Positions 24,601 to 39,600 of a stretch of DNA of 64,000 nucleotides are shown piece after piece. Source of the DNA: Phoronis australis (Eukaryota > Animalia > Phoronida); the NCBI GenBank assembly GCA_002633005.1, contig NMRA01000022.1:1565036-1629035 (forward strand), written 5' to 3'. The number at the start of each line of letters is the position of its first letter. Position 1 is the stretch's first letter. The translations under genes and the position numbers were made by a program. The notes beneath the pieces are model-generated. The model was not told where the DNA came from. It saw nothing but the letters and a program-made list of their open reading frames with translations, and searched no databases.

Positions 24601-27600
24601 TGTGTATGGCGAACTTAGCAATGATGTGTGACAGCAACAGATGTCCGTGATACTTTGTGGCTGGATCAACACAGTTCTTGGCTAGAAGGCACGGCCAGGC
24701 AAACGTGAGCAGACGGCGCAGTTTGTTGCCTTGTTTTCTGTCAATAGAACAGTATGGTAACAGCTTGTGAGCACAATCTAGTCAAAATGCCCTTTTTAAT
24801 TTTTGATTTTTGAATTTCAGATACTTGTCGTTCTTAATTTTGGATTTTCCACGATTTATACATTGTGTTTAAATTGTGCCTAATGAGGATATCCGCATAA
24901 ACTAGTCATTGATAACCTATTAATTACTATATGAAGTTGTTCACATTGTTATGGAATTCCGGATATTATTGACCAGCAATTATCAAATTATAAAAATTCG
25001 TACTTATTGGCAGCGTCGTGGATATGTGCCGCTGCCTGCTCCACCAACAATGACGAGAACTGTAACAGCAGGATACGCACAGCGTCCGACGTGCCGAACG
25101 GATTGTCTGGGTCGATGACCTTATTGATGAATACGCTGATCACATTGTCAGAGTTATCCTGGTCAGGAGCGGGTGGGCCACCAATCACGCGCTCACCCTC
25201 GCCACGTTCGAAGGATACTTGGAAGCACGGGATGAGGATACACTGAAGGATCTGAGAAAAGAGTGCTAACACTGTATGCTATGCCCTACAATAACCATCT
25301 TTAACTGATAGTGGGTAGATCTGAGAAGAGAGGGCGAACACTGTATGTCACATCCTAGAATTGCACTCTTCGGAATGAGAGTCCTTTAGATCTAAGGAAA
25401 CACATGACGCTGTACTGAACAATGGCCTCCATTGCAACTGTTAACAACATTATGATTCCTGGTTTCCACACAAATCACACAAGCCGATCCTTATAGCAAA
25501 AATACACGACATACCGGAAAGAGGATGAATGTTCATTGATGTCAGGTATTCTGAACACTTCATCGTTACATCCGCTGAAAATTAACCATACCTTGGCTTT
25601 GAGTTCCTGGGATTTGCTCTGGTCATGGAATATCTCTACAAACTTGAAAAAAGATTTTCTTTTCCATTCCACGCTGTACGTCTACAAAGAAAAATATCCA
25701 CAACCAGCTTTTAAACACTATAGACCAGTAAATATCTAACTCAGGTTTTGTTTGTCAAAATAAAGGACAATCATGTACTTATAACTTCATTACAGTAGTG
25801 CAGCAGGGATCAAAGTATCTGAAGTTTGGTTTTGAATGATACAAACCCATAACCACCCATTGATAACTATGCTAGCCTAAGCAGTTGATGACCACTGTCT
25901 TGCCACTGTGGCACAAAAAACACTTGTTGATAGAGTCACTTTATACAGTCACTAAATCAATGTTATACAGACATGGTAATAGAAATTTGACAGTCTGCGT
26001 GATCTTAAATTAACACGTCTAGGAGAACCAACCTGTGCTACAGTGTTGTCCAAAAACTCCTTAACAAACTGAAACTGCGGGATGAATCGACATGTGAAGC
26101 AGCGAAGCATTTGAAACAGCAGGTCAATATCATTGGGCTGGTGTCTGCAATGAAATGTGTTTTCTTTAAGCAAAAATACAAGTCAACATGTAGAGCCTGG
26201 TCTTAGTGAATTTTTTGCAAGCCCAGTCCACTAAAGTAGAGTTTGAGACAAACTTCATAACAGTAGATCTAAATCAAAAAATTTTCGGCGACAGAAGGCG
26301 GATTTATGGTATTTCACAAAATTGCGAATATGAGCACATCCCTGAATGGGCCCTTCAGAACAATGTCAGAACTGCACGTCTTTCTGAGATACTAACTCGA
26401 AGTAGTTCAGCAGACACTTCATCAACAACTTTGGCTCTTTCCAGTGGGCAAAGTCTGCGCTGTACTGAAAGGAGAAAGCAGACAAACATCATGAATGCAC
26501 CTAGTGGGCAAAGTCTGCGCTGTACTGAAAGGAGAAAACAGACAAACATCATGAATGCACCTAGTGGGCAAAGTCTGCACTGTACTGAAAGGAGAAAACA
26601 TCTAGTCTAGCAGCTAGTGAATGGCCCTGAGTGGCTTTCATTTGACAAAGGTGAAGATGGTTGTGTAGAAGATGCCCTAGACATTAACTACCACTTGGGC
26701 AGCTGTCTTCAGTTTAGTGTATTAGTAGTGTGTAGTGTTATCACTATACTGCTAATATCTCAAAGAACAGTTTGCTGGATAGTTCTGTGCAGAAATCAAA
26801 AATCCTATTGTTATATAGCCTTGTTTTATATTACATTTGTGCAGCGAAGTCAAATACTACGAAACAGTACATATACAACGTGTATGGCTGAACAAATGAT
26901 AACCTAAACTATACACAGAATTGGAGAGCTTTTCACAACATTTGCCAAACAAACTGAAGCCATATACCTATCCAGAGGACATTGAATTGCACATTAAAGA
27001 GTCACTTAACTTACAATTTTCTTATGTTTCTCCTTGAATGGTTCAGACACCCATATCTTCAGCAGGTTGACCACAATCTGAGGGTTCTTGGACAGCCACG
27101 TTGGTTCAAACTTGGCGAGCACAGCGATGATCTCTATAGACAGGAACTGTAATTCAGACTTGAACATGGCGCTGCCAGGGCTCGCAGGTCGTACCCCTTG
27201 ACCCTACAACAGAATTAGCATATTTAGCAGAATATAGTTTGCAGAGTTAAATGACAATTTTAATTTAACTTCCAAACGACAAGATTTTACAAACTAAACA
27301 CTTTCAAGACTTAATTAAAACAACAGTGTACATAATCCAGAAAATCTGAAACTTTAAATCACAAGCACTGGATTCAATAGTTCTTTCATTTTCCACAAAA
27401 TGCACCTTTGCAGCATTAACGCACATAATCCAAAAATGCAAAATTTCATACAGTCAAGTAGGCGTAATCTTCATCAACAACCAATATTTCTACATTATTA
27501 GTATTACACTTAATTAAAAATAATGACAAATAATACTTAACGGTCCCATATTTTCTTAAGATGACTTATTTTCTATCACTACAGAGGGGTCTATTGGCAC

Positions 27601-30600
27601 ATCAATCTGAAATTCTAAAATAAACGCTGACGTCTCATGACTCACTTGTAACTGGCCATAGGTCATTGGCACTAGTCGGCTGGGGTTGTTTTGCAGAACA
27701 TCCCTGAATGGTTTACCCAGCTCATGTTTTAGTAAGAACTGGAAATACAGTAAGAACACAGATCAAATCCAGGCCACAAGCAAGGCCTTTATTTAATTGC
27801 ACTTTAAAATAGAATTGTTACTCGGCCTCCAAAAATATCTGAATGTTGTGCCTTAACTCGAGTATGAATATAGATCAGTAAGAGACCACAACTCATTCAA
27901 GAAACTAAACTTAAGTTCACAAAAGACAGATGCAGTGCTCCTAACTGAATTATGAGCTGCAATGACAGTTTCAACATTTTACTCAAACTTGTCCTTTAAC
28001 CTTAAAGCCCAGAGCTTCCATATACAACAAATCCACACAAGATCTCTGGCTGAACTAGACTGACCACTAATGTCCTGTTCCAGTGTTGATCCTTAATGTT
28101 GTAGTCACAGAGGAACATATCAATGGTATGGACTGGATAGTTGACCAGGAACTTCAGTAGAGGTAAGCGGAATGGACTACCAGCCTAAGGAAGGAAGTAC
28201 AAGAAGAGGCATGAGTTAATCATGATTGTGTCAACTTGCCATCAGGCCAGCGCTGCACAACTTCAGTAATAATTCGGCAGAGAAATACAACGCCTCACTC
28301 GTATGATAATGAGATCGTTCAACAGTGAGATATTGCCACTTTGCCACAGAAAAACCCGGTCAGTGATAGAAACTCACTTATCACAATATGCAAAAAACTG
28401 GGACAAGAATTCATTTGAAATAAAAAGTAAGTGATTAGAGAACAAGACTGAATATAAAACCAAGTCATAAAGACTTTACTACTTATAAGACTGGTGTCCA
28501 AGTGAACCCACACGGTTTATAATTCTGGCCAGTTAATGTTTACCTCAATCAATAGAGACTTCTCTCCCTTCAAGGTAAGAGTTGTGAGTGGTTCAGCCAT
28601 GTTCTGCGACGCAGCAGGAATCAAGTGGAAAATGTTGATAATGGCCGCGCACGTCTTTAACTCCTGTAAGGTTGTACATGGACATACACTTCTGGATAGT
28701 ATTGTTATAGTAACTAAATCGCTTTACTGTATTATGTGAATATTTCAGCCTGTACACATGAATGCCTGAATGTTTCAGCCCACGCACCTGTATGCTATGT
28801 GAGTATTTCGGCCCATACACCTGTATAACTCTATGAATATTTCAGCCTAGTATACACTTGTACAAGTGAATATTTTGGCCCATGCACATGTATATGAAGC
28901 AGCTCTTATATCAGCAATAAAGTCCAAGGGCTAATGTGTGAAACAATTTCTTAAATATTCTATGGGGCGGTGAAACTTGACATGACCTTAAGAGCAGTAG
29001 ACATTGGAAATGATTCCATTGTAACAGTGTGATGACAAGAATGAATGGACAAAGACACACCAGCTTAAGCCAGGCTGAGAGTAATAATATCTTTATATGG
29101 TAACAAAATGAGACCCAATACTGACCCAGTAACCCCAATACATAATGACTGTTCTGCAGAAGTGCAGTCACACCTTGCCTTCCAGTTGTGGCTATGGGTT
29201 ACACAGGATCTTTTTAAATTTTAAACAAATTGATTTCAGTAACTTCGTAATTTGTTACTTTCTCTCGTCAGTGTAGATTTGACATGCTTGGAACTTAACC
29301 ATCATGCATCTCAGCAGGATAGCTTAGGATGACAACACAAAATTAATGAATTAAGAAGTTCAAGAAACAAATCATCATCCATCATACCACTGAAGTCACC
29401 TGACCCGTGACCTTCTGTTGACCTCCTTTCTGAGCAATCACTGCCGCATCCATCCACTTCTTTAGATGAGCCTGTAAACAACATACCATAGCTCAAGAAG
29501 GTTTGTCTAGCATTCAACAGTGTCTCCAACCACATTGTTCCCAATTTTCACATCTCCAAAAAAATGAAATGCAAATTCGAAACAGGGACTTATAGAAAAT
29601 GCAAATCAGACAATTCCCAATTTGGTTTTCTACTTTCTTGCTGGAGACTTTGCTAAGTTGACAATTAAAACACCTTTGTATTCTAAACTGCATTTAGTAA
29701 ATGCCAAAAGCAAGACGGACAAAATTATGTTTCACCAGGCACTCTGGTGGTGAATTCCACATGCAATTGGTCGACCTGACAAAGCATTCTGGGTCAACAT
29801 ATCTGTTCATGTTTCATGCCTACTGTATAAGGCTGTAACAGATAGCAACTAAAGATTAAGGTTCTAAAACCTACCAGTAACTGCTCACAAAGTTTCTCAT
29901 TAAACGTGTGTGGGAATAGCTGTGTCAGGCTGGACAGACGTTGTATGACATTCAGATTCAACGTCCGATAGTCCCCTAACATCAACAACAGGGGGCGCAT
30001 TGCCGTGTGCACCTGTTCCATGTCAATTTGGAAGCCCGATATAAACTGAAATATACAAGGATCAGCATATCAGACAAGCTACAACTCATTAAACATCAGC
30101 AATAATAAAATGTGGTACCCTCCTTCTTCTTAAGATAAAGTACATTTTTATCACATAATTTGGTTGTTAAACACGCGTTTGTTTAATGACCATGCATACG
30201 TTGCAAGTTTGCTTAAGTTGGACTACATTAACAGCTAGTTATTTAAATTTTTGCCTTTTCATAAAGAAAGAGAGATGTTTCTAAGCAAGTTGGTTCACCT
30301 GGGTCAATAAATGCTCACTAGCTGAGACTATGTTCAAGACTGGGTATACCTAAGTTATAATTAAAGCATGTTACACAGAATTATACACCAATCACTTCAA
30401 GAGTAAAGAAATTGGAAAATCAGGTAAGAGCCTACCTTTTTCATACATTCATGCGCCGCCTCTTGAAGTTCACTGTTATTAGCATTGAGGTTTTTGTAGA
30501 GAACGCTGAAGATCTTCTCACGGCATTGTGGGATGTAGTGACAAGCAGCGAGCGCCTCTGAAAGCAAATACACAAACTGTAGTTACACAACATAAAAACG

Positions 30601-33600
30601 TTGGACATTTTCTAACCACTATATGAAAGATACAGTATTGTGTTGCTAAGTGGGTTGACTATTTCTGCTATGTGTATTAATGTGCTATATAGTGCAGAAA
30701 TAAGAACCATCATATGGTAGTTTTCAGAATAACATTTCTTTTCCATGTACAAAACACCTTTCAATTCGGGCAAATTCTCAACAAAATCTCGGCAATTGTG
30801 TGTCGCCTCGCGCGTTGTCGAAATTGCGCAACAACTTGCCTTGCAAGTCTTTTTTATAAAATAATAAACAACTAGTGGTTAGGTACAATAATAGCACAGT
30901 AAACTCTAACAGCGAATGTTTGACTAAATTGGCAAAAAACTCTGGCAAGATTCGTCCAAGTGTGGCAGAGTTCGACTGACAGAATCCTACCTAAGTCTGT
31001 CCAATTTAGTTTGAAAACTATTACACCTTCTTTACATGAAGTTCGCATAAATTGCAGTACTTACACAGAGAAGTGCTCGCACAGTATAATATTCTTGCAC
31101 AGCAGTACTTGCACACAGTAGTACTCATAAAGGCAATACTCACACACATCAGTACTCACACACAGCAGTACTCACACACAGCAGTATTTACACAAAGTAG
31201 TACTTGCACACAGCAGTACCTACACACAGCAGTACGTTACTTACTGAGGCCACTTTTTCTCAGAGGTACCAGGTTAGTAACAGACTTGTAACATGGCAGC
31301 TTCAGTAACACAGAGTCCTCAGCCTCACACAGGCTCAACAACTGAAATATTGATGGAGGCGCATTAATTACCTCTCACCAACTATACCAAACCACCAGGT
31401 ATGTCTTTGTTGAATGTACTTCAAAATTCATTTCACGTTTAGCTAATCACGAAACATATGCGAGGTGAAAATCTGTCGTGCTTTCAAAATTTAGCAGTGA
31501 GTATTTTTTATATGAAAACTAATTTATGCTAAATGTTAAATGAACAAAGTCTGACTCAATACATTCCTCTATGAAGTTTATATTAGAAACGGAATATGTT
31601 AACTGTTAACTGATCTAAATCAAGATATACCTCCGTGAAGAAGACTTTATGCTCCACAATAGTCAAGTCTATAGTGAACAGTCGAGGCTGGAGAGTGGTA
31701 CAGAAGGTATTACCATCCTGGAATAAACACTTAACAAATCAACGTACATACCTTCAAAACAGACGTGATTTCTTTTTCACAAAGAAACAAAAAATCTGAT
31801 ATCCATGAAAGCTTTTTTTTCAGCAAAGGTATTATTACGTACTTTTCAAATAGTCTTTAGCAGTGGAAGTGTTCACGATCAAATGCACATAACTATTAAT
31901 TCATAGATATTGCATCTACGTAAGATAACACAGTCACTAAGAGTTGTGGATAATTGCCATACAGCCTACAGCATGTGACTTACCATAAGCCCTATCTGTG
32001 CATTGGCAGGCTGGTGACGCAGGAGGTGCTTCTTGGGAGGGATCATATCCTGTAGTACATCACGGTGAGGCTCCATGATCTCAGTAATCGTTTTACCCGT
32101 CGTTTTGGCCACAACCTCCAGGCTGTGCATTGCCTAGGAAACAGACAGTTACAATTAGGTTAGGTGAGAACATAGAATAACAATCATCCATCAAGTAATA
32201 TGAGGATTGAATTGTAACGCAGCATCGGTTGCTTATAATTGCCATACTAACAGCAGTTGTCACATTACTAATAGCAGTTGTAACATCACGTGCAGGCCTA
32301 AGTTAGTGGTGTATAGGTCCCTGTGACCCATTTCTATTGACTGTGATGGATAATTTTGCTACATGTGGCTGAAGCTGCTTCATGTGCAGGGCATGTGTGT
32401 TTGATTGCACACACGATATGTGGTAGTGTGTAGTCGCATTATGGCTATTTTTGGAATCAGCTGATCATTTGAAGCTGGCTCAGCTTAGTGACCCCCTTTA
32501 TCAACTGTAAGGGAATGCTTGACATCAAAAGACTGGAGGTCCTCACACTATGCAGAGGTTCACACTTTTTCTGAAGCAAAAATTTACAGCAAATCTTTGT
32601 GTTCATTGCAGCAGCACATTCATCGCTTTGTCAACTGAAGTATGGAATTAACAGTAAAGAAGAATCTGCTATTTATTGTTGACATAAAAATAAGTGTCAA
32701 TTTTTGTTTGAAGGGCAACTGTCCTACATGACACAGCAATGTCTGGTCACACATCAAAATTTTTAACACATGATGACCAAAAGAGAATGAATGTGAACTT
32801 GATTGCATTGGGGAAATGAAGGAAAGGAAAAGGAGAGAGAATACATTTCATTATCACCGTGTTTTACCTGTTCTCTGACCAGAGTGTTGGTGGATGTCAC
32901 CTGTCTCACTAATTCATGAGTGATGTCATGGAATGACTTTCTCTGGACAGTGATCAGTGCCTCGTTGCCGTCGGCGATGGGTTTGGCACACATGGTCAAC
33001 ATCACCTCGAGATTTACCTTAGCCATGTCCACAGCACCACTAGACACCTGGATGAAGGAAGATGAAAGAATATTCAGCTGTTTACCTAATATACAAACTG
33101 TATTTACTATCTTTTTAAAAGCACCTTGCCACGTGACACATACACACAAATGAAAACATTTCAGTCTGAGCAACTTAAAAATTTCAGTTGCCCGACAAAA
33201 GTACCAACAAACTAAAAAACCGCACTGGTGTCACCTGTGCAGGTAAGTCATACCTCGCCAGTCAGATCCATCATAACAAACAGAAGAGCTTTCAAGAACA
33301 GGAACTGATGGTCGAGGACCCAGAGTAGAGACATCCTCTCAAACAGGAACTTGATGGCGATACATCTACAGGGGAGAGACAGGGACATAGGAACAGGTTA
33401 AGTTTACGTAGAGCTTAGAGCATAACGGACTTATAATTCATTGAATGATTGCAAATGGTGAGATGATTGGAACAGAAATCATACGGACAATTTCGTATCA
33501 AGCAAAAATTTAAGTTTTGGCTTATAATACTTTGAAAGTGATTAGAAAAGTTTCTTACCCTCCAAGTTTGGCGTACCACGCACGCTCATAACAGAGAGAA

Positions 33601-36600
33601 CACATCCTGTCCACAAGGTACTCGAACATTGGAAGTTGCGACGCCTAAATAGAAAAGATGACATGCAAATTAGAAAACTCAATAACAGTAACTATATTGA
33701 ATTAAGAGTCTCACTAATCGCCCACTCCCCTCCCACTTTATAATGTTACTCACCCTCTCCTTATCACCAAGTATAGTCTTGGTCGTCTCCAGTATCAACA
33801 CAAGAGCCAAGTGACCTGGTTTACACAGCTCCTTCTCCTCGTGACCCATAATGGTTGCCAGAGCGTCAATCAACACATTTGTGTCCATACCGTGTAGTTT
33901 AGACTGCTTATCGCCCAAGACAGGAAATGGACCTAGAATGGGTCAAGAAAAAGATGAAGGAGATTCAGAAGCCGAAACAGCAATAGAAGAATTTACAGTT
34001 AGTTTTCAAAATAAACTTGACAGCGTCAAAATTTGACAAAGTTCCGATGCACAAAATTGCAATTAAGTTATACTCATTACTGTTGGTCTAAAATCCGTTT
34101 CAATGCTGACTAAATCTCGACACGTGTCTCTATAGGCACTTTGTCGAAATTGCCGCAACTTAATGCGCAAGTCCATTCACAAATGAACAATTAGTGGCCA
34201 GGTACAATAATTTTACATTAAACTATGACTCAATTTAGACAAAAACTTTTATTTTATTGTGACAAAACAGCAGGAAACCACAAGACCTTGCATCCAGCAC
34301 TGAGGTTCACTTTCACGACTTCTTAACCTTCATACAACGAATTTAATACACGGTAAACTTGGAAAACAATTTACCCCCTGGACAAGAACTTATTTGATTT
34401 TCAATTTCACAATTGTTGACAGTTCACATTTAAAACAATTTAGATAAAATGTTGGTAAAGAAAATGTCTCTAAAATACGATTGGCAATGTTTTAAAAAAT
34501 AATGCCAATGCAAGACACAATAGTCATGATGACAATACAGAACATGTGGTACAATAGAAGCAAAGTATACTGTGGCTTCACATTGCTTCAAACTCACCGC
34601 ACTGCTGAGCTATAGCCACCATAGTGAAGTGTTTCACCATTGATGCCATATATGGTAGTACATGTGGTCGTAGCTCTTTAATGGCGGCAGCAACTGAAAG
34701 ATAAACACAGATGTAAAAATTCTAGATATTGCAAAAATAGACATTTTACTACTCAGCAATATGAACCAAAAAGGAAATGAAATGTAATTAATTAATTTTT
34801 AGTTGGCTACGACGATTAGTAGTGACGCAAACTGACACTGGCACAGAGGCTTTGTGAATAATCTAGTAAAAGACAAAGCTCTAAGTATAAAAGAATTTCA
34901 GACACCTTCACCGGTCAGCACTAAAGTAACACAATTCAAAGATTTCCTTACTTCGAAACACAAAAAACGCACACTGCATACCCTGCAGCAATGTGGAGAC
35001 ATAATATGGATGGAAAGAGTGATGACCTATTCCAGAGCTTTAGACAATGGTTGCATAGTGTGCTGCAGGACTCACTAACAGAACTTACCAAACATTCCAG
35101 TCAGAGCTTGTTCTTGTACTTTCCTAGCGTGTTGATCCTGTGTCTTGTACTGGACACTGTTGGAGCAGGGGATCTCACCATGGAAGAAACTGGTGGAGTA
35201 GGAATTAGAATAATATCAGGAGACGAGAAAGCATAGTGGTATGTCTCATGAAAAGTGATATTTGGTTATTTATGAGACAACAACCATCCCACAATGCACG
35301 TGAACAATGTCGCATCGCAACAGATGAAATATACAACAAAGGATAATTAAGAGAGTGCCCCTACCTGCTGTGAGTGAAAAGATGGGTCAACATCTGTTTG
35401 TCATCGTCCAGGGACAGCGTGGAGACTAGGTAACATTTGATCACCTCCCACGACTGCTTGCGGAAGTACGACTCAGTCGAGCTTGACTTCAGCAAGTTCA
35501 GAGCATGCTCAATAGCCTGGAATGATAGAAGGTAAAATAAAAAAGTATCAAATGATGTGGCCTGCATCGCCTGCAAAGTTGTTCGAAGGAATCATAATTA
35601 CATATAAGAATGTCTAGCAAATAATGTGGTTACAGGGAAATTTCAATAAAAAAATAATTTATATAAAAATGTGCTCCAGTAAAAAAATATCCTTTAATTG
35701 CATTGAGATAATTAATACCAAGTACCTTTTCAACCGGGAATTGGATAGGCATCTTGCAATCTTGGAAATGGAGGGAAACACAGGGGCCGACTGACTCTTT
35801 TTCGTTGTAAGTCAGCTGAAATTAACAAAACAAATGCTTAACAGAACAGAACTCAAGCTACTCAACAGGAATAATCATTTCTCTTCAAACCCATGAATGT
35901 CCTAACAATGACAGTAGACCTTTTGGGATAACATTTTCTGATAAGAAACCGCAAAAGTTGTCATGCAGTTATTGACCATCGGCCGACACAACAATCCTGC
36001 AAAGTGCTTAGCTGAATAGGGTCTTCTACAATATTATCCAGAAATGACCAGTTAAGTAAGTGAAGGCCATTCCATCCACTACTGAACGCTCATTTGTAGC
36101 CAAACATGCACACATTAACGTACTGCATGTAATGTTTCAAAGCACAAGAACAGACAAGAGCTTACTGCTGACAAGAACATCGACAACAAATCCAAGCTGT
36201 AACACCGTGACAGCTAATGTTCACTTTAATCAGTTTCTAAACTTGACAGCACATCATACAACCATCATGAAACCATTACCTTCTGAGGTTCTCGCAGCAT
36301 TTTACGGTTGCCGCCACCAAACTTGCCGAGTACTCTGAAGGCCACATGAGCGATGCTGTCATTAGGGTTACGTAGAGTCTTCCACAAGGCCTGCATCAGC
36401 TCTGCCCTAACTGGCTGAATATGGTCGTACAGGAAGTCAGGCTGGAGGTTGTCAACACACAGCTCAAGTGTCCTCAGGCCCTGGTAGAACACAAAGTATT
36501 GACAAAGTGAAAGGAGCCAATGTCTTCAATGTTATCTGTACTAGAATAACTACACTTAATTACTTACAGGCATATTTCAGCTTCAGTTACAACTCTCCTG

Positions 36601-39600
36601 GTCCTCAGTAACAGTCAAAGAAACAAGTAAATGACAGACAGCCCAACGTATAAAATTAAGTGAATGACGTAGTTGGCTTAACAATGAGGTGCATGTATTT
36701 TGTTTCCAAATTCTCTTTCATTGAACAAAGTCTGTGTTCTACGAGTCATTGTGCTTGTTCAATGAACAGTATCAGTGAATCAATGAATGTTGGAAACTGG
36801 TTATTGGGCCACCTACACCAGTGCTATTTTTCTTTTGGCTAGTTTACCTTTAACTAAGGACGGGTTCAATAGAAACCAACTGTAAGATAGTTTTATCTCA
36901 TGTACATTACAGGATTGTACCTGACTGACTAGTGTCTGTGACCCGTTCAGTGCTGACACCAGGGGGTCCATGAGCATAGGTAAGTAGGGCAACAACGAAC
37001 TCAGTCTTACAGGTACAGTAAGACAAAGTTCAACGAACAGATCCTTCATGTGTTGTTTGTGAAGACCGCTCTGCAGGCTGTTCAGACCTGCAAGTTAAAG
37101 ACTATATTGAACACCACAACACAGCCTTTAAAGAAAGGTGAAGCTGAGCTTAACAAATAAATCTCACACAAGTTTGTTATTATGGTTACTTTAAACACTA
37201 TGCATCGGTCAAATTCCAGTTAAGAATGATTCGAGTATCATTTGCATTTCACCTCTCGTTCACATACGGGCATATGTCATGACGTGATGTTCGAGATAAC
37301 CAAGACAAAATGTGCCAAAATTTGTTAAAAATAACAATTTAATTCATGTTTGAGCTAATTTGATGATTAATTCAATTTAGTTTAACATTTGGTTGACGTA
37401 CCAGTTGCACTATAAACACAACATGTAACAGTGACCAATTCGTAAAATTAATACCTTGCAATAGATTAGGAAGCAGGGGAAGAAATTCCTGATAGAGCAA
37501 GTCATGACTACCACCACCTATTGACCTGAAGAGAGCTCTCAACAACAGGAAATAGTTGTAGGGTTCCTTGGCCGACATAGCTAGTTCCATCGATTTGTTG
37601 ACGATTGTGTGAAGGTGAGGCTTCAACATGGGTTCATTTTCCGCAGCAAACAGCGAAACGGAGCCAAATACCAGCTTGAACAGCTTCAAGTAAAGGTTCG
37701 AACGATCCATGTTTGCTAAAATGAAGCACAGTCATTCATTGCATTAAATTTGACTAATTGAAAACTTAGCATGGTTATGATGATAGAGAATTTAAAATTG
37801 AAACTGAATAATACACATTGACAAGCGTACTACACAAGATGATGCATTAGATATTAAACCAAATTTACTAAGTGCACACTGCCTTTTCTAAAACCTCAAA
37901 TCTTGAGAATCGACATTTTTTGGTCAGTGGAGAATAAAAACTAGACTTCATCGTCAGATTCTTCGAAAAGTCTTTAAATAAGGAATAAAATAACGTAAAA
38001 ACGACTGCGCTGTGACTGTGACTCACACTACCTATGAGTGTACTGTGACCCACACTACCTATGAGTGTACTGTGACCCACACTACCTATGACTGTACTGT
38101 GACCCACACTACCTATGACTGTAGTGTGACCCAACATTACATATGAAAGCACTGTGACCCCACACTACTTACACCCCATCTCTTCAAGTCGCTCCAGTAA
38201 GTACTCAACCAAAATTGTGGCAAACGTGGCAGAAGTGGTAGGATTGGCCAAAAAGGAGTTGGCCACAATCTGGAGTGCGTAGTTGTTGTGGATCCTTTCA
38301 ACCATGTAATCGACGGTCGTGGAAAAGATCTCTTTGAACGTCAATGCATTCATCATTGTGAACTGAAATGATATACGTTTTCCAAATACTAAAAGTAAAT
38401 ATTAAGTAAACCTCGTCCCTAAGTATATGTAAACATAAGCATAGTTCATTAAAATGACTTTTTTGCTCATTAGTTTTTAAATCGTATGAGCCCTAACCAG
38501 TAATATGCCAACACCACAGCACCATAATATGCAGTCTTTAATGTTGTTCACCAGACAACAGAGAGCTAACTTACCACACCAGCGAAATGTTCAAGAACTT
38601 CCTTCTCTTCTTTAGTACGCACGTTTTGCACACTACAAAATGAACCCAAGAATACAACACACACCACGAGGAGGTCAAGAAACACTTTAACATTCCAACA
38701 AATGGTCATTACAAACACATCTAGAACCCTTAAGTACAATAAAATATACCACAAAGGTTAAAATAATTAAAACTTTTTGAAACAATTCCTCACACACACA
38801 CAAATCACACAACATGATGAATAAAGGAAAACCTTTAGTTTCTGGTATCCGTGCTGCTTTGCGTTAAACCCTCCCAATTTATCTGTAGCAAGTCATATTT
38901 TACCATGATGATCTAAATTACTAAAGTTCACTAATCAGTGATGACACCCTCATTACCATGGGAACGTAATCCTATTCCTAACCCAAGAAAAGACAAATCA
39001 CGACCTGCTCAAGCGTGACAAATGATACCTATCAAATCTAAGTTTTTTATTTGGAAATGAAATGCATCCTACAAACAGAAATGACTCACACTGCGGGTCT
39101 AACATAGGTCTGTCCTGATGTGGTGATGTTGATGGTGAATATATCCAGGGCCTTCAACGCATACTTGACGAGTCTAACAAAGACTAGAGTTTCCTTAGGA
39201 TGGAACTGTTTGTTTTGAACCAGTGTGGCATCTGAAGGACATAAAGGACACGGCAGGAGTAAAGGCTAAGTTCATGAAATTGATCTTCCTACTAATTGTT
39301 GGCAACATGTTGATCGGGAGCTGTGAGATTTGGAAAGTGTTGCAGAGTCAGAGCGATTGTTCAAAATACGCTCAATATCAAAGACAGGTTGAAATAAATT
39401 ATAAGATACTGGCGAATCCAGAGACTTCGCATTAGAACAGATCTGGAATTTTTCAGGCCAGATTCTGTAGTGTTACTCATGACACCTTTGTAGTTGTTAT
39501 CAACCATTACTCAAATGACCTACAGAGACGAGATTAACAAAATTCCAAAAAAGATCTGAAGATGAAAATATCAAACGTGGCAATTCTTTAACTGAGAATG

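Noticed and set aside
29400-29471. Suspected frameshift or missing exon (ORF track shows a different frame)
   Set aside because: Splicing at cag|GCT gives intact AHLKKWMDAAVIAQKGGQQKVTGQ.
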